Source of the DNA: the human T2T-CHM13v2.0 reference genome, Homo sapiens
NCBI RefSeq assembly: GCF_009914755.1
Contig: NC_060938.1
DNA: 64,000 nt
Direction: 5' to 3' (one strand)
Notes under the pieces: generated by a model
Told to the model about the DNA's origin: nothing
What the model saw: only the letters and a program-made list of their open reading frames with translations
The model's database searches: none
Program-made: the position numbers and the translations under genes
Part shown: piece by piece, positions 42,874 to 55,682 of the stretch
Layout of the letters: the number at the start of each line of letters is the position of its first letter
How positions within the stretch are numbered: position 1 is the stretch's first letter

Positions 42874-43413
42874 CGTAGGGACCAAGGGAAAACTTCCCCT
42901 TTGCCCTCTGAAGGTTCACTGAAAATCAACTGACAAAAGGCAGACTTAAGGGAGGAAGGGCATACAAAATGTATTAACATGCGCATGTATTCACAGGAGT
43001 CATACAAAATATAAAACTCAAAGAGCCAGATTGTTGATGCTTTTATACCATCTTGAGGTTACAGAAAGAAAAGAGCTTGGAGCACCGCAATACAGGTTAT
43101 GGGAGGTAGAGAAGAGGAAAGGCATGGCTACCAAAGGCAGTCTTATTAGGTAGATGAAACCTCGCAGGTAGCAGCTCTCAGAAAGAGTAGACGGTAGCCT
43201 GCGCTTGAGTTAATATTTCCTAGATCTGGACTAAAAAAGGGTGCCTCAGAGAAAGCCTAGCTTTATTTCACTAATGTAGATTTTTCTCTACAGATGAAAT
43301 CTCCTCCAGAAAAGGCAGCTTTTCTGGGCTATTCTTGTCTGCAGGCCCTCTGAATAACCATCTTAAAATACATCTAAAATGTATATTTGGGAATAACATT
43401 TTTGTTTCCTTTA
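42874..43413 (-). mobile_element. MER34-family ERV1 solo LTR
   Basis: GTAGGG...CCCTCTGAAGGTTCACTGAAAATCAACTGAC...CAGGCCCTCTGAATA...ATATTTGGGAATAACATTTTTGTTTCCTTT. Confidence 0.75.
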
Positions 43414-44000
43414 AAACAATGCCTCTGCAAATATTCTTGCACATACACTAATAGGAAATTTTATCAAGCATATTCACAATGTAAATCCCAAGCAATGAAA
43501 TTTCTCAGTCAAAACAGTCAAAATACACATACACTTAAATATTTGATAGATGTTACCAAATTGCCTTCCCAAAGGTTGCAACAATACAAAATCTCATCAA
43601 AAAATCTGAAAGTACCTATTGCTCCATACTTTTTCCAGCTCTAGATAGTATAAAGGTTTTTTAAATTTTTTACCAATCTATAAGTTGAAAGATTCTATCT
43701 TACTGATGTTTTTATCTCCATATTTTAAATACGTGCAAGACTAAGTATATTTCCATAATTTTACAGGCCATTTATATTTTTCCTGTGAACTGTCTGTTCT
43801 TATAACATGTCTATTTTCTTCTGAGTTGTTTTACTTTCTCATTCATTTGCATGAGTTATTTTGCAAATTAAGGCAATTAGCCATTTTATCATATGTTCTG
43901 CAATTACATTTTCAGTCTGTCTTGTCTTTTGCCAAACAGAAGTTTTAAATTTTAACACAGTTAAATTTATCAATCTGCTCCTTTATGGCTTCTAGAGAAT
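43414..44000 (-). mobile_element. Old L1ME fragment
   Basis: CCAAATTGCCTTCCAAAGGTTGCA; AGAAGTTTTAAATTTTAA. Confidence 0.65.
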
Positions 44001-44487
44001 AAATATTTTAAATTTTATTTTGTGACTTGGAAGCTTAAGTGCTTTTCTGAGAGGATTGATTAGACTGAGGTGAAGCGGGAGGAGGAGAGTAATTGAGACA
44101 GTTGCAACTTAAAGGCAGAACGAAGACTTTAAATGAAGAGCTGGCAGAAGTGCTGGTGGCAACAGCCATAGCAGCCCAGCTGAGGCAACTTCCAGGGCAG
44201 TGGCATTCTGGTAGGGCCTGTTGGATCCTTCCACATCAAGGAAGTTCTTAGTGATACTGGTGAGCAGCCCAGGCTGGTCCTGAGCCTTGAGGTAACTATC
44301 AAGTGCTTTCTGGACATATCAGGGAAGGGAACTCCTCAGGGGAAGTAGACTTCATAATTATTTGGGTTTTGGAGAATACTGGAGAAATAATAGCTTTCTT
44401 TATTAAGTTGGCAAAACTGGTTACACTTGTAATATTAATCTCGCAGTCTGGTTTTCTCTACCATGGTTGTGAGAGAGATTAAGATTT

Positions 44488-44862
44488 TTTTTAATTATAT
44501 TTATTTAAGTTCTCTTTTTTTCTTCTGTTTTCTATTTCACTTATTTCTGCTTTAATATTTATTATTTCCTTCCTTCTGCTAACTTTGGGCTTCATTTGTT
44601 CTACTTTTTTTAGTTCTTTGAGATGTAAAGTTGGATTGCTTATATGAGATATTTCTTTTTTCTTAATGTAAGCATTTATAGCTATAAATTTCCCTTTTAG
44701 AACTGCTTTTGCTACATCCCAAAAGTTTTGGCATGTTTTGTTTCCATTTTCATTTCTCTCAAGATTTTTTTGATTTTCCATTTTATTTCTTCTTTGACCT
44801 ATTGGTCAGGAGTTGCATTGTTTAATTTCCACATATTTGTAAATTTTCCAATTTTCCTTCTG
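44488..44862 (-). mobile_element. Inverted 5' segment of the adjacent L1MA
   Basis: ORF2 'QNFWDVAKAVLKGKFIAINAYIKK' on the minus strand abutting plus-strand ORF2. Confidence 0.85.
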
Positions 44863-44997
44863 TTGGATAATCTAAAAGAAATGGATAGATTCCTAGCATT
44901 ATATAATCTACCAAGAATGAATCATGAAGAATTTAAAAATCTGAATAGAGCAGGAACAAGTAAGTAATAAATAAATAAAGGAGACTAAATTAATAAT

Positions 44998-45295
<298 letters not shown>

Positions 45296-46005
45296 AATTA
45301 ATAATTTTTAATAAAACCTCCCAACATGAGATTTAAGCTTACTTCTTGAAAAAAAAAAAATCTCCCAACAAACAGAATTCCAGGACCAGCTAGTGTCACA
45401 GGTGAATTCTACCAAACATTAAAAGAAGAATTAATGCCAATCCTACTCAAAATTGTCCAAAAAATTGAAGAGGAAAAAACTCTTCCAAACTCATTTTATA
45501 AGACCAGCAATACTCTGACACCAAAGCCAGATAAAAACACTGTAAGAAAATAAAATTTCAGACCCATATCCCTGATGAACATAGATGTAAAAATACTCAA
45601 CAAAATGCTAGCAAACCACATTGAACAGCCTACTAAAATGATCATTTACCATGATCAAGAAGGATTTATCCTTGGGATGTGAGAATGGTTCAACACATAC
45701 AATCAACAAATGTGATACACTATGTTAATAGAATGAAAACTAAAAATCATATGATCACATCAATAAATGCAAAAAAAATGCATTTGATGAAACACAACAT
45801 CCTTTCATGGTAAAAACTATTAACAAATTAGGTATAGAGGGAATGTGCCTCAACATACCAAAGGCCATATATGACAAGCCCACAGCTAGTATCATACTCA
45901 ACAGTGAAAAGTCAAAAGCTTTTCTGCTAAGATTAGGAATAAGACAAAGATGCCCACTCTCATCATTTCCATTCAACGTAGTACTGTAAGTCCTAGCCAA
46001 GCAAT

Positions 46006-46157
46006 GAAGAAGGAAGGAAGGAAGGAAGGAAGGAAGGAAGGAAGGAAGGAAGGAAGGAAGGAAGGAAGGAAGGAGATAGAAAGGAAGAAAGAAAGAAAAG
46101 GAAGAGGAGGAGGAGGAAAGGGAGGAGGAGGAGGAAATGAAGGAAGGAAGGAAGGAA
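46006..46157 (+). repeat. (GGAA)15 plus GA-rich tract
   Basis: Uninterrupted GGAA from 46012 to 46071. Confidence 0.97.
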
Positions 46158-48897
46158 TCAAAATAGGAAAGGAAGAAGTAAAATTGTCTCTGTTTGAAGA
46201 TGACATGATTTTATATAAGAAAACTCTAAAGACTCCACCAATAAACTATTAAGACTAATCAACAAATTCAGTAAAATTGCAGCTACAGAATCAACACCAA
46301 AAAAATTAGTTGCATTTCTATACACTAACAATGAAATATCTGAAAAAGAAATAAAGAAAATAATTCCATTTATAATAGCATCGAAAACAATAAAATACCT
46401 AGGAATAAATTTAACCAAGGAGGTGAAAGACTTGTACACTGGAAACTATAAGATACTGATGAAAGAAATTGAAGAATATACAAATAAATGGAAAGATATT
46501 CCATGTTCATGGATTGGAAAAATTAGTATTGTGAAAATATTCACGCTACCCAAAGCAATCTACAAATTCAATCAAATTCCTGTCAAAATTCCAATTGCAT
46601 TCTTCACAGAAATAGAAAGGACAATTTTAAAATTCGTATGGAACTACAAAAGACCCCAAATAGCTACAGTAATCTTGAGAAAGAAGAGCAAAGCTATAGG
46701 CATCACATTTCCTGATTTCAAAGTATATTACAAAAGCATTGTAATCAAAACAGTATGGTACTGACATAAAAACAGATAAATAGATCAATAGAACAGAATC
46801 AAGACCCCAGAAATAAACCCACACATATACAATCAGTTAATATTTGACAAAGGTACTAAGAACACACAATGGGGAAAGGATCATCTCTTCAATAAATGGT
46901 GCTGGGAAAACTGAATGTCCACATGCAAAAGAATAAAATTGGGCCTTTATCTTACACCACTCACAAAAATTAACTTGATTTGAATTAAAGACTTTTAAAT
47001 GTAAGATCTGAAACCATAACAATTCTAGAAAAAAATAGAAAAAAAAGTTGCTTGGCATTAGTCATTGCAATTACTTTTTGGATATGACACCAAAAGCAAA
47101 AGTAACCAAAGCAAAATAAATAAGTAACTACATCAAGCTAAAAAGTTTCTGCACAAAAAAAAGAACAATAAAACAAAAAGGCAACTTACCGAATGGGTGA
47201 AAATGTTTGTAAGCCATATATCTGATAAGGGATTAATATCTAAAATATACAAAGAAGTCATACAACCTAATAACAAAAACTTATAATCCAATTTTAAAAT
47301 GGGCAAAGAACCTGAATAGATATTTCTCCAAATAATGCATACAAGTGGCTAACAGCTACATGAACAGGTGCTCAACATCTCTAATCACCAAGGAAATGTA
47401 AATAAAAACCACAATGAGATGTCACCTCTCATGTCAGGATGACTGTTATCAAAATAGACAAAAGATATATGTTAGTAAGGATGGAGAGAAACAGGTACAC
47501 TATTAGTGGAAATGTAAATTGATATGGCCATTATGGAAAACAGTATGGAGTTTCCTCAAAAATTAAAGCTAGAATAACCATATGATCTAGCAATCTCACT
47601 TCTGAGTATATATGCAATGGAAACGAAATCAGTAGCTCGATGAAATACCCGCCCTCCCATGTTCATTTCAGCATTACTCACAATAGCCAAGACTTGGAAA
47701 CTACTAAGTGTCAATCGATGGATAAATGCATAAAGAAATTGTGGTGTGTGTTTATATATATGTGAGTGTGTGTGTATGACAAATATTCAGCCATTAAAAA
47801 AGGAAACACTACCATTTGTGACAACATGAATCAACCTGAAGGACAACATGTTTAATGAAATAAATGATACAGAAAGACATATACTGTATGATCTCACTTA
47901 TATGTGGAGTCTAAAAGAGTTGAACTTATAGAAACAGAGAGTAGAATAATGGTTGCCAGCGATGGGGGTTAAGGAGACATAGGGAGATGTTGATCGAAGA
48001 GGACAAACCTTCAGTCATAAGATAAACAAGTTCTGGAGAGTTAAAATACAGCATGGGTGGTGACAGATGTGTTAATTTGATTTTGATAATTATTACACAA
48101 TGCATTTATATATAAAATCGTCACATTGTACACTTCGAATGTGAGATACACAATCTAAATTGTCAATTAAATATTTGAAAATAAGAGAAGAAAAAATGAT
48201 TGAAAAAAATCAGCTGTTGAACTTTGCAGTTTGGGTGATACTGAGGTTTTCCAGTGAAGGGCAGTGACAGAGCAGCCACGTTGGCAATTTTTTTAGAAAG
48301 CTTTCTGTCCTGTGCGGCAGTGAGATGCAGAACTGTGGTCATTTGGTTGCATCCGTTCTCAATATTTAATGTAAGATAAAAGAGGGTATTGATAAATGGC
48401 AAGCACTGCATTGCACAAAAGGAGGGAGGGTAGGCTGCCGATGTCAGTATATCCCCCTGGATTTTCCTCCCTAACCTTCCCTGATAAACAACTGACTCCC
48501 TGACAGTAGTGAACATGCTCGACAGGGGCAATAGAAAATCAGGAGCAAACTTTCATGCCCAGCAGCTGCCCCACAAGAGCTTTACTCTTCTAAATGTTAA
48601 AAAAATTTGAATTATGTAAGCTAGAAGTGAATGTACTGTGAACTTCTTTCAATTTCTTGTAATTCTCTCGCTGACAAGATTTATGGGAAAGAACTGCAGT
48701 CATCTAGATCACTTCAGTGCACTAATACAAAAAGTTGTGCTAGGAACTAAATTTTGTGTGCCCCCAAAATTCATATGTGAAAGCTCTAATCCCCAATGTG
48801 ATGGTATTTAGAGGTGGGACCTTTGGGAGATAATTAAGTCATGAAGGTGGAGCTCTCATGAATGGGATTACTGCCCTTATAAGAAAAGACACAAGCT

Positions 48898-49015
48898 GGC
48901 TGGGTGCAGTGGCTCATGCCTGTAATCCTAGCACTTTGGGAGGCCGAGGCAGGAGGATCACTTGAGCTCAGGGGCTCAAGACCAGCCTGGGCAACATAGT
49001 GAGACCCTATTTCTA
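48898..49015 (+). mobile_element. Alu left monomer (FLAM_C-like)
   Basis: Single left arm followed by an expanded purine tail. Confidence 0.85.
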
Positions 49016-49028
49016 TTTAATTTTTTAT

Positions 49029-49400
49029 GAAAGAAAGAAAAGAAAGATAAGAAGAAGAAAGAAAGAAAGAGAGAGAGAGAAAGGAGGGAAGGAAGGAAGG
49101 AAGGAAAAGAAGAAGGAAAGAAAGAGAGAGGGAAGGAGGGAAAGAAGGAAGGGAGAGAGGAAGGAAGGAAGGGATAAAGAGAGAGAAAGAAAGATGAAAG
49201 AAAGAGAGAGAGAGAAAGAAAGAAAGAAAGAAAGAAAGAAAAAGAAAGAAACAAAGAAAGAAAGAGAGAGAAAGAAAGAAAAAGAAAGAAACAAAGAAAG
49301 AGAAAGAAAGAAAGAAAGAGAGAAAGAGAGAAAGAAAGAGAAAGAGAGAAAGAAAGAGAGAAAGAGAGAAAGAGAGAAAGAAAGAAAGAAAGAAAGAAAG

Positions 49401-49475
<75 letters not shown>

Positions 49476-49487
49476 GAAAGGAGAAAG
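49029..49487 (+). repeat. ~460-bp polypurine (GAAA/GGAA/GA) tract
   Basis: Nearly pyrimidine-free; ends in a long (GAAA)n run. Confidence 0.97.
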
Positions 49488-49976
49488 GCAGGCACAGGAG
49501 AGATGACTGCTCTTCCTCACCATCATACAAGGATACAAGCAAGAAGGTGTCCTTCTACAAATCAGGAAGAGGACCCTCACAAACTACAGTTTATTATAGA
49601 AGCTGAAGGCAAAGGACAGGCATTTGAGGGGCAAGATTACATCCCTTAATATACCGGCCACTCCCTGGTCTCTGACCAAGTCTCTCTTAGAGCAAAACAA
49701 ATATAACCTTAATATTTGGAGGAGCCAGTAAGGGATAGAAATATATTACAAGAAACAGTTAATCCATCCTATAAAGCCATTGCATACAATTGATATATTA
49801 ATACTGATTTGGTTACATTTCCCCCCTTCATCTACCACTATTTGTATCTTGTGATAAATTTGTGCAGAACTATTTAACATAAAAATTAGCTTATGATTAG
49901 CTAACTCCAGTTCTTCCACAAGGCAGTCATTTTCCATCAACATTACATTCTAAGGAGCTTTAACCGCATTTCCCAA

Positions 49977-51525
49977 TGAGAGGTGACAGCGTGCTGGCAG
50001 TCCTCAGAGCCCTCGCTTGCTCTCGGCACCTCCTCTGCCTGGGCTCCCACTTTGGCGGCACTTGAGGAGCCCTTCAGCCCACCACTGCACTGTGGGAGCC
50101 CCTTTCTGGGCTGGCCAAGGCTGGAGCCCACTCCCTCAGCTTGCAGGGAGGTGTGGAGGGAGAGGCGTGAGCGGGAACCGGGGCTGCGTGCGGCACTTGC
50201 GGGCCAGCTGGAGTTCCGGGTAGGCGTGGGCTTGGCGGGCCCCGCACTTGGAGCAGCGGGCCAGCCCTGCTGGCCCTGGGCAATGAGGGACTTAGCACCC
50301 GGGCCAGCGGCTGCGGAGGGTGTACTGGGTCCCCCAGCAGTGCCAACCCACCGGCGCTGCCCTCGATTTCTCACCCAGCCTTAGCTGCCTTCCCGTGGGG
50401 GCAGGGCTCGGGACCTGCAGCCCGCCATGCCTGAGCCTCCTACCCACTCCAAGGGCTCCTGTGCGGCCCGAGCCTCCCCGACGAGCACCACCCCCTGCTC
50501 CACGGCGCCCAGTCCCATCAACCACTCAAGGGCTGAGGAGTACGAGCACACGGCGCGGGACTGGCAGGCAGCTCCACCTGCAGCCCTGGTGGGGGATCCA
50601 CTAGGTGAAGCCAGCTGGGCTCCTGAGTCTGGTGGGGATGTGGAGAGTCTTTATGTCTAGCTCAGGGATTGTAAACACACCAATCAGCACCCTGTGTTTG
50701 CTCAAGGTTTGTGAATGCACCAGTCGGCACTCTGTATCTAGCTGCTCTGGTGGGGCCTTGGTGAATCTTTATGTCTAGCTCAGGGATTGTAAATACACCA
50801 ATTGGCACTCTGTATCTAGCTCAAGGTTTGTAAACACACCAATCAGCACCCTGTGTTTAGCTCAAGGTTTGTGAATGCACCAGTCAACACTCTGTGTCTA
50901 GCTGCTCTAGTGGGGCCTTGGAGAACCTTTGTGTCTATACTCTGTATCTAACTAGTCTGATGGGGACTTGGAGAACCTTTATATCTAGCTCAGGGATTGT
51001 AAACGCACCAATCAGCACCCTGTCAAAACAGACCACTTGGCTCTACCAATCAGCGGGATGTGGGTGGGGCCAGATAAGAGAATAAAAGCAGGCTGCCCCA
51101 GCCAGCAGTGGCAACCCACTCGGGTCCCCTTCCACACTGTGGAAGCTTTGTTCTTTCGCTTTTTGCAATAAATCTTGCTACTGCTCACTCTTTGGGTCCA
51201 CGCTGCTTTTATGAGCTGTAACACTCACCTCGAAGATCTGCAGCTTCACTCCTGAACCCAGCGAGACCACGAGCCCAACGGGACAAACGAACAACTCCAG
51301 ACGCGCTGCCTTAAGAGCTGTAACACTCACCGCGAAGGTCTGCAGCTTCACTCCTGAGCCAGCGAGACCACGAACCCACCAGAAGGAAGAAACTCAGAAC
51401 ACATCTGAACATCAGAAGGAACAAACTCCAGACGCGCCACCTTAAGAGCTGTAACACTCACCGCGAGGGTCCGTGGCTTCATTCTTGAAGTCAATGAGAC
51501 CAAGAACCCACCAATTCCAGACACA
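49977..51525 (+). mobile_element. LTR12C solo LTR (ERV9)
   Basis: TGAGAGGTGACAGCGTGCTGGCAG...CCAATTCCAGACACA; 4-bp TSD CCAA; U3 tandem repeats with CCAAT boxes; U5 repeats. Confidence 0.96.
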
Positions 51526-53133
51526 CCAATACATTGATCATCAGTATCAGTTTACAACCTTACCAGCAATACCAGTGTCATACTGTTTTTGCAGAATGGT
51601 AGATTACCAGAATCTCACTCAGTCATTAACAGTTGATTCAGTTTATCATTAATTCATATGCCCAAAATGTCTCCCAGAGCAATGCCACTCAGGTTTGCAG
51701 GCTTCTATTCTAGTTTGTCAGGTTCCAAAAGCAGAAGTGGTCTTGGCAACAAATGGCCTCACCCTTTCAGACATCTGATATGATTGAGCTAAGAGAGACA
51801 ATATCATCTCTTGCTTTGAGCCTCTCTTGAGGTACAAATGTAATAGTGGATTTTCCTCATTACATAGCTCATTTATTCATTCATCTTCAACTGCTATTCC
51901 TCCTCTCTCCCTTTATCTTTTGACCCATCCTTTGCCACCTCTGAGAGACGTGAGGTTCAGCCACTGTCCTGATCCAGATGTCCAGCAACAAGATTAGTCC
52001 AGCAGGTGTCACACCCTCGGCTCACTCTTGCTGACATAGGGTAGGGTTAGACAGGCACAGAACTAGTGGGGCATCATTACCACTAGGCAATATTGTTGCA
52101 GTCACTGTCAACCCCAATTCTGCAGGATGGGGTGAAGGCACAATTCATTTCATCAGGATCTTAGGAATTCTGATCTAAAAGTTTCAAAGTACAGTTACAG
52201 TTTCCTGCTTAGGGATCATCCCTGACTCCTGAATCTGCAGTCACAGCTCTGGTGCTGGGATCACTACATCAAGTAGGAAAAAAGAAAATTGAAATGATAC
52301 AGAAAAAAAAAAAATGAGGTGATCTGGAGAAGAATTGTAATCAACTTGTCAGCTATGGGAGGACCCTCTCCCAGGAAATCTGTCCCATAGCCATCTGCAG
52401 TCTTTGTCTCTTTTATTGGCACACAGACCAGACCAGATCTTGTTGGCAATTTCTGCAAGAGGAAAATGGCTGGATTCAGTCCATCTCTGCATTGCTGTAA
52501 TACTTCCACATCCTTTCATTTCAGGGACCCAAGTAGCCACATCAAGCAGCAAACCAGGATATATTTTTGTCAATTCTAATTACCTTCTGACCCTAGAAAG
52601 GAGCTCTTCTTGTGGGCATCAACATGTCCTATTTTAATGCACTCCTTAAATACTCAGGGGTATATTTTAATATACTGGCCACCCCCTGGTCTCTGACCAA
52701 GTCTTTCTTAGAGGAGACTTGCCTAATTTCCATAAGGTCATGCCCTATGTGAGCATCCATTTAATAGACCAGTGTTCCATTGCCCATCTACTTGACCATA
52801 TAGCCACGCCACTGGCCACTGCCCATGAGTCAGTAAAAACCCAAACCTAAAGGCTTTTTTATTGTTGTTCAATTCTCCCATCACTGCCAGGAAAACAGCA
52901 TGTAATTAAGTCTGTTGAGTTAATTTGTTACCTTCTTCAAACAGAGCCTTTCAATCTGCCAGTCTTAGTGTGGTGGCCTTCCAGACAGGATGCCATTCAT
53001 CCATCTTGGAACTGTCATCTGCAAACCAAGCAGCTCTTTGGTTAATACAGATCTGTATTTGTTGGTTAACGCAGATCTGTTAACAGGGCACTGTCCAGGT
53101 GGTGATCGGATCCAGCAGCCTCTCAGGTGGTTC

Positions 53134-53735
53134 TGAGGCAGGATAAGTAAGGTTAGAAGGCCATACTGACTTGTCCTCCTGTGTGAAGCCCTGTGGGCTT
53201 TTTTCACAGCAGACTCTGCATCCCTTGCAAACTCGTGCATCAGCACCTAATATATTGTGCAAGATAAGCAGTCCTCCAGGATACCAGCAGCTGCCAGATA
53301 GTTACAAGTTCCTGATATCCAGTACAGCCTGGGAAAGAGAACAAAAGCCCCTTATTCCTGATGTAGCTTCCCCAATCTCCAGCCAATCAAATTTCTGCCT
53401 TAGGGGAAATAGGCACTTCTCAAGGGTCCTGCATGAGCAGCTAGGCTCAGGTTTAGTTTATAATGGCTTTTTCCTCATTTTGATAGTAAAAAACACACCC
53501 CTAGGTGGAGATTTTATATGCTAATGATACATGTGATCCATGTTAGAGCATGTAGATACTGAGCACACATGCCAATCGCAGGTCCACCTTTGCATATTTG
53601 CCCTCACCAGTACTTTATGAATACTCATGGTGTACTTTCACTTTGCAATAAACTTATTTGCCTACTTACTTTGGACTCATTCTGAAATTCTTTTGTGTGG
53701 CAAAGTCAAGAACCTGAACCAGCCCACTGACAACA
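53134..53735 (+). mobile_element. MER4-group ERV1 solo LTR inserted in ERVL pol, subfamily uncertain
   Basis: TG...CA termini, exact 4-bp TSD GTTC, AATAAA at ~53647. Confidence 0.85.
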
Positions 53736-55682
53736 GTTCCAAAGTCAGTGGTAGAGGGAAAGAGCCTACCTGCTTGTAGATACAATGAGTCCCTCTGCAT
53801 TCCCCCAGTAACATGTTCCTATAGAACCCATTTCCATTTTATCATGGAACACTTCCAGACACTGCCTTCTTTATTAGAGTGTTTCTCTGACATCACCCAA
53901 GACATTACGGATATTTCAGGTTTCAGGAGTATTTTACATCCTTCAGTCATAGAGGCAGTCTCCATTAATTCCCAATAGCAAACTAGAAGTTGTTTCCCTC
54001 CTGGCATATATCTTACCACGCCATCCAAGAATGTTCTAGTACAAAATTCCATTGGCCCCCTCTGGGTGGCACTCATAAGCTTTTACAGTAACCTCCAGTC
54101 CACGTAAGTATGTTACAGAGACTTCCAAAATCATGTATGAGTGTGGAACATAAGGGCCCAAAAGCATCTGGAGAGAAAATACTTTTCACACTTCTGACAT
54201 GGCCTGATTTTGTTTGGGTCCCCATTCAAGTATGGCCCTCTTTGGGGGTAGTTGTATGGACAAAAGCTAGCAATATACCCAATGTAGAATATGCATCCTT
54301 CAAAACTCAAAGCTACCACACAAAAGTTGGACTAGATTATAACTAACATTCTTAGTTAGATCTAGGAATAGATATTGACAGCAGTTTGTAGTCACCTGTA
54401 TAATGTCATGGGTGGCTCCTACCCAGGTTATTCCTAAGAATTTCACCAATTGAGCAGGCTCTTTGACTTTTGCAGGAGTTATCAACAATCCTGTGCTGGT
54501 CAAGTGTGTCATCCCCCATTTAGGTCAGTCCATCCTGGTCTTCAGTTTCAGACATTATCATGATATCATCAACATAGTGTAATATTACACTCAGAACCTG
54601 CATCAATCCAAACCTCCTCTCACCAGTTTATGACAGTACCTATAGCAATTCGGTAAATGTAAATTGGAATCATTCTCACAGAAAGGCAAACTCCAATTTA
54701 TTCCTTTTAGGATTGAGACAGAAAAAGCATTTGTAAGATCAATTAAAAAGCCACTCCTACCAGACAGGACATTCTAAGGGCTTAGAGACCACCTCCCAGA
54801 AGCTGAGAGCAAAGGGGAAAAAAAAAAGGTGGTCAGACATCTTTTTGGATAAAGTTAAATTATTTATTATACAGAAAGTCTCAAGCCTTATTGAAAACCA
54901 TCAGGAAAACTGCAGAACAAAATTTAACAGTATTTTCCTTCCTTTCCACACAAGCATATTGCAGGATAAGGATCCTGTCTCCGAATCTATGTATTCTGCT
55001 CATCCCAAGAATTTGACTTTGAGAAAGAGGAAGAACTTTGTGAAGTAAACCACGTGAGATTTCCTGATCTGCCCTAGAAAAGTTTTGTATTTCTGTAAGA
55101 GGATCCTACCACTCATAAGAAAACAATGAACAATCTGCTGAAGTTTTTAATTTCTTACACGTGTAAGCAAGCTTTCTTTTGTTTAACAACCATCAAGAAC
55201 TGGGACAGATGTCGCCTCGTTTCAGGTGAAAATGATATCCATGTGTGCTTATCACGAGTTTGGCCCAGAATTCAGTATGTATTTATGCAGTAAAAAGTAA
55301 GGATATGTTTTAGATAAAAGATGTGAATTTCATTCTATATTTTTAACCTCAGAAAAACACTTTGTATGCACATATAAGCCTATAAAGGAAATCAAGAAAC
55401 TAATATATGTGCATAATAATTTTGCATCTGCTAGACCTTTATTTGACCTTTATCATGTCACTCAGTGAAAAAAACTTCAAATCTTTAATAAAATAATGTC
55501 TTAAACTATATTCTTACTCATTTTGCTTTGGCTTGTGATTAATTGCTTTACTATTCAATACTTGCAAAAATTTTTATATAGTAAATAACAGTAATTAAAA
55601 TAAATTTATAATCCTTATTTAAAGAAGTCTACCAAGCTGACTTTTCAAAATTCATTTGCTTTTTGGTTTAAGCCAGCTATTT

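Larger units (their letters stand above)
48737..49580 (+). mobile_element. MLT1A-like MaLR LTR split by a FLAM and a GA tract
   Basis: CCCCCAAAATTCATATGTGAAAG...GCCCTTATAAGAAAAGAC; resumes at AAGGATACAAGCAAGAAGG. Confidence 0.8.
49590..54873 (-). mobile_element. Second ERVL-type provirus remnant with MER77/MER21C-like LTR stubs
   Basis: Collinear with the reverse complement of 1-2830 (e.g. ORF 53819-54076 vs 1256-1483). PPT AGGGAGTGGCC on minus at ~49655-49666. LTR 5'-end stubs at ~49590-49654 and ~54750-54873. Confidence 0.8.

Noticed and set aside
48976-49649. ORFs of 156-216 aa
   Set aside because: Translations of the GA-rich simple repeat (poly-ERK or poly-FLS).
49746-49976. Possible env/TM remnant at the 3' end of ERVL copy 2
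   Set aside because: Right position, but no clear immunosuppressive domain or CX6CC motif; a profile search would be needed.
49943-50660. CpG-rich region with ORFs suggesting a gene 5' end
   Set aside because: Entirely within LTR12C U3.
50650-51480. Repeat-spacer-like arrays resembling CRISPR
   Set aside because: These are the normal U3 and U5 tandem repeats of LTR12C in primate DNA.
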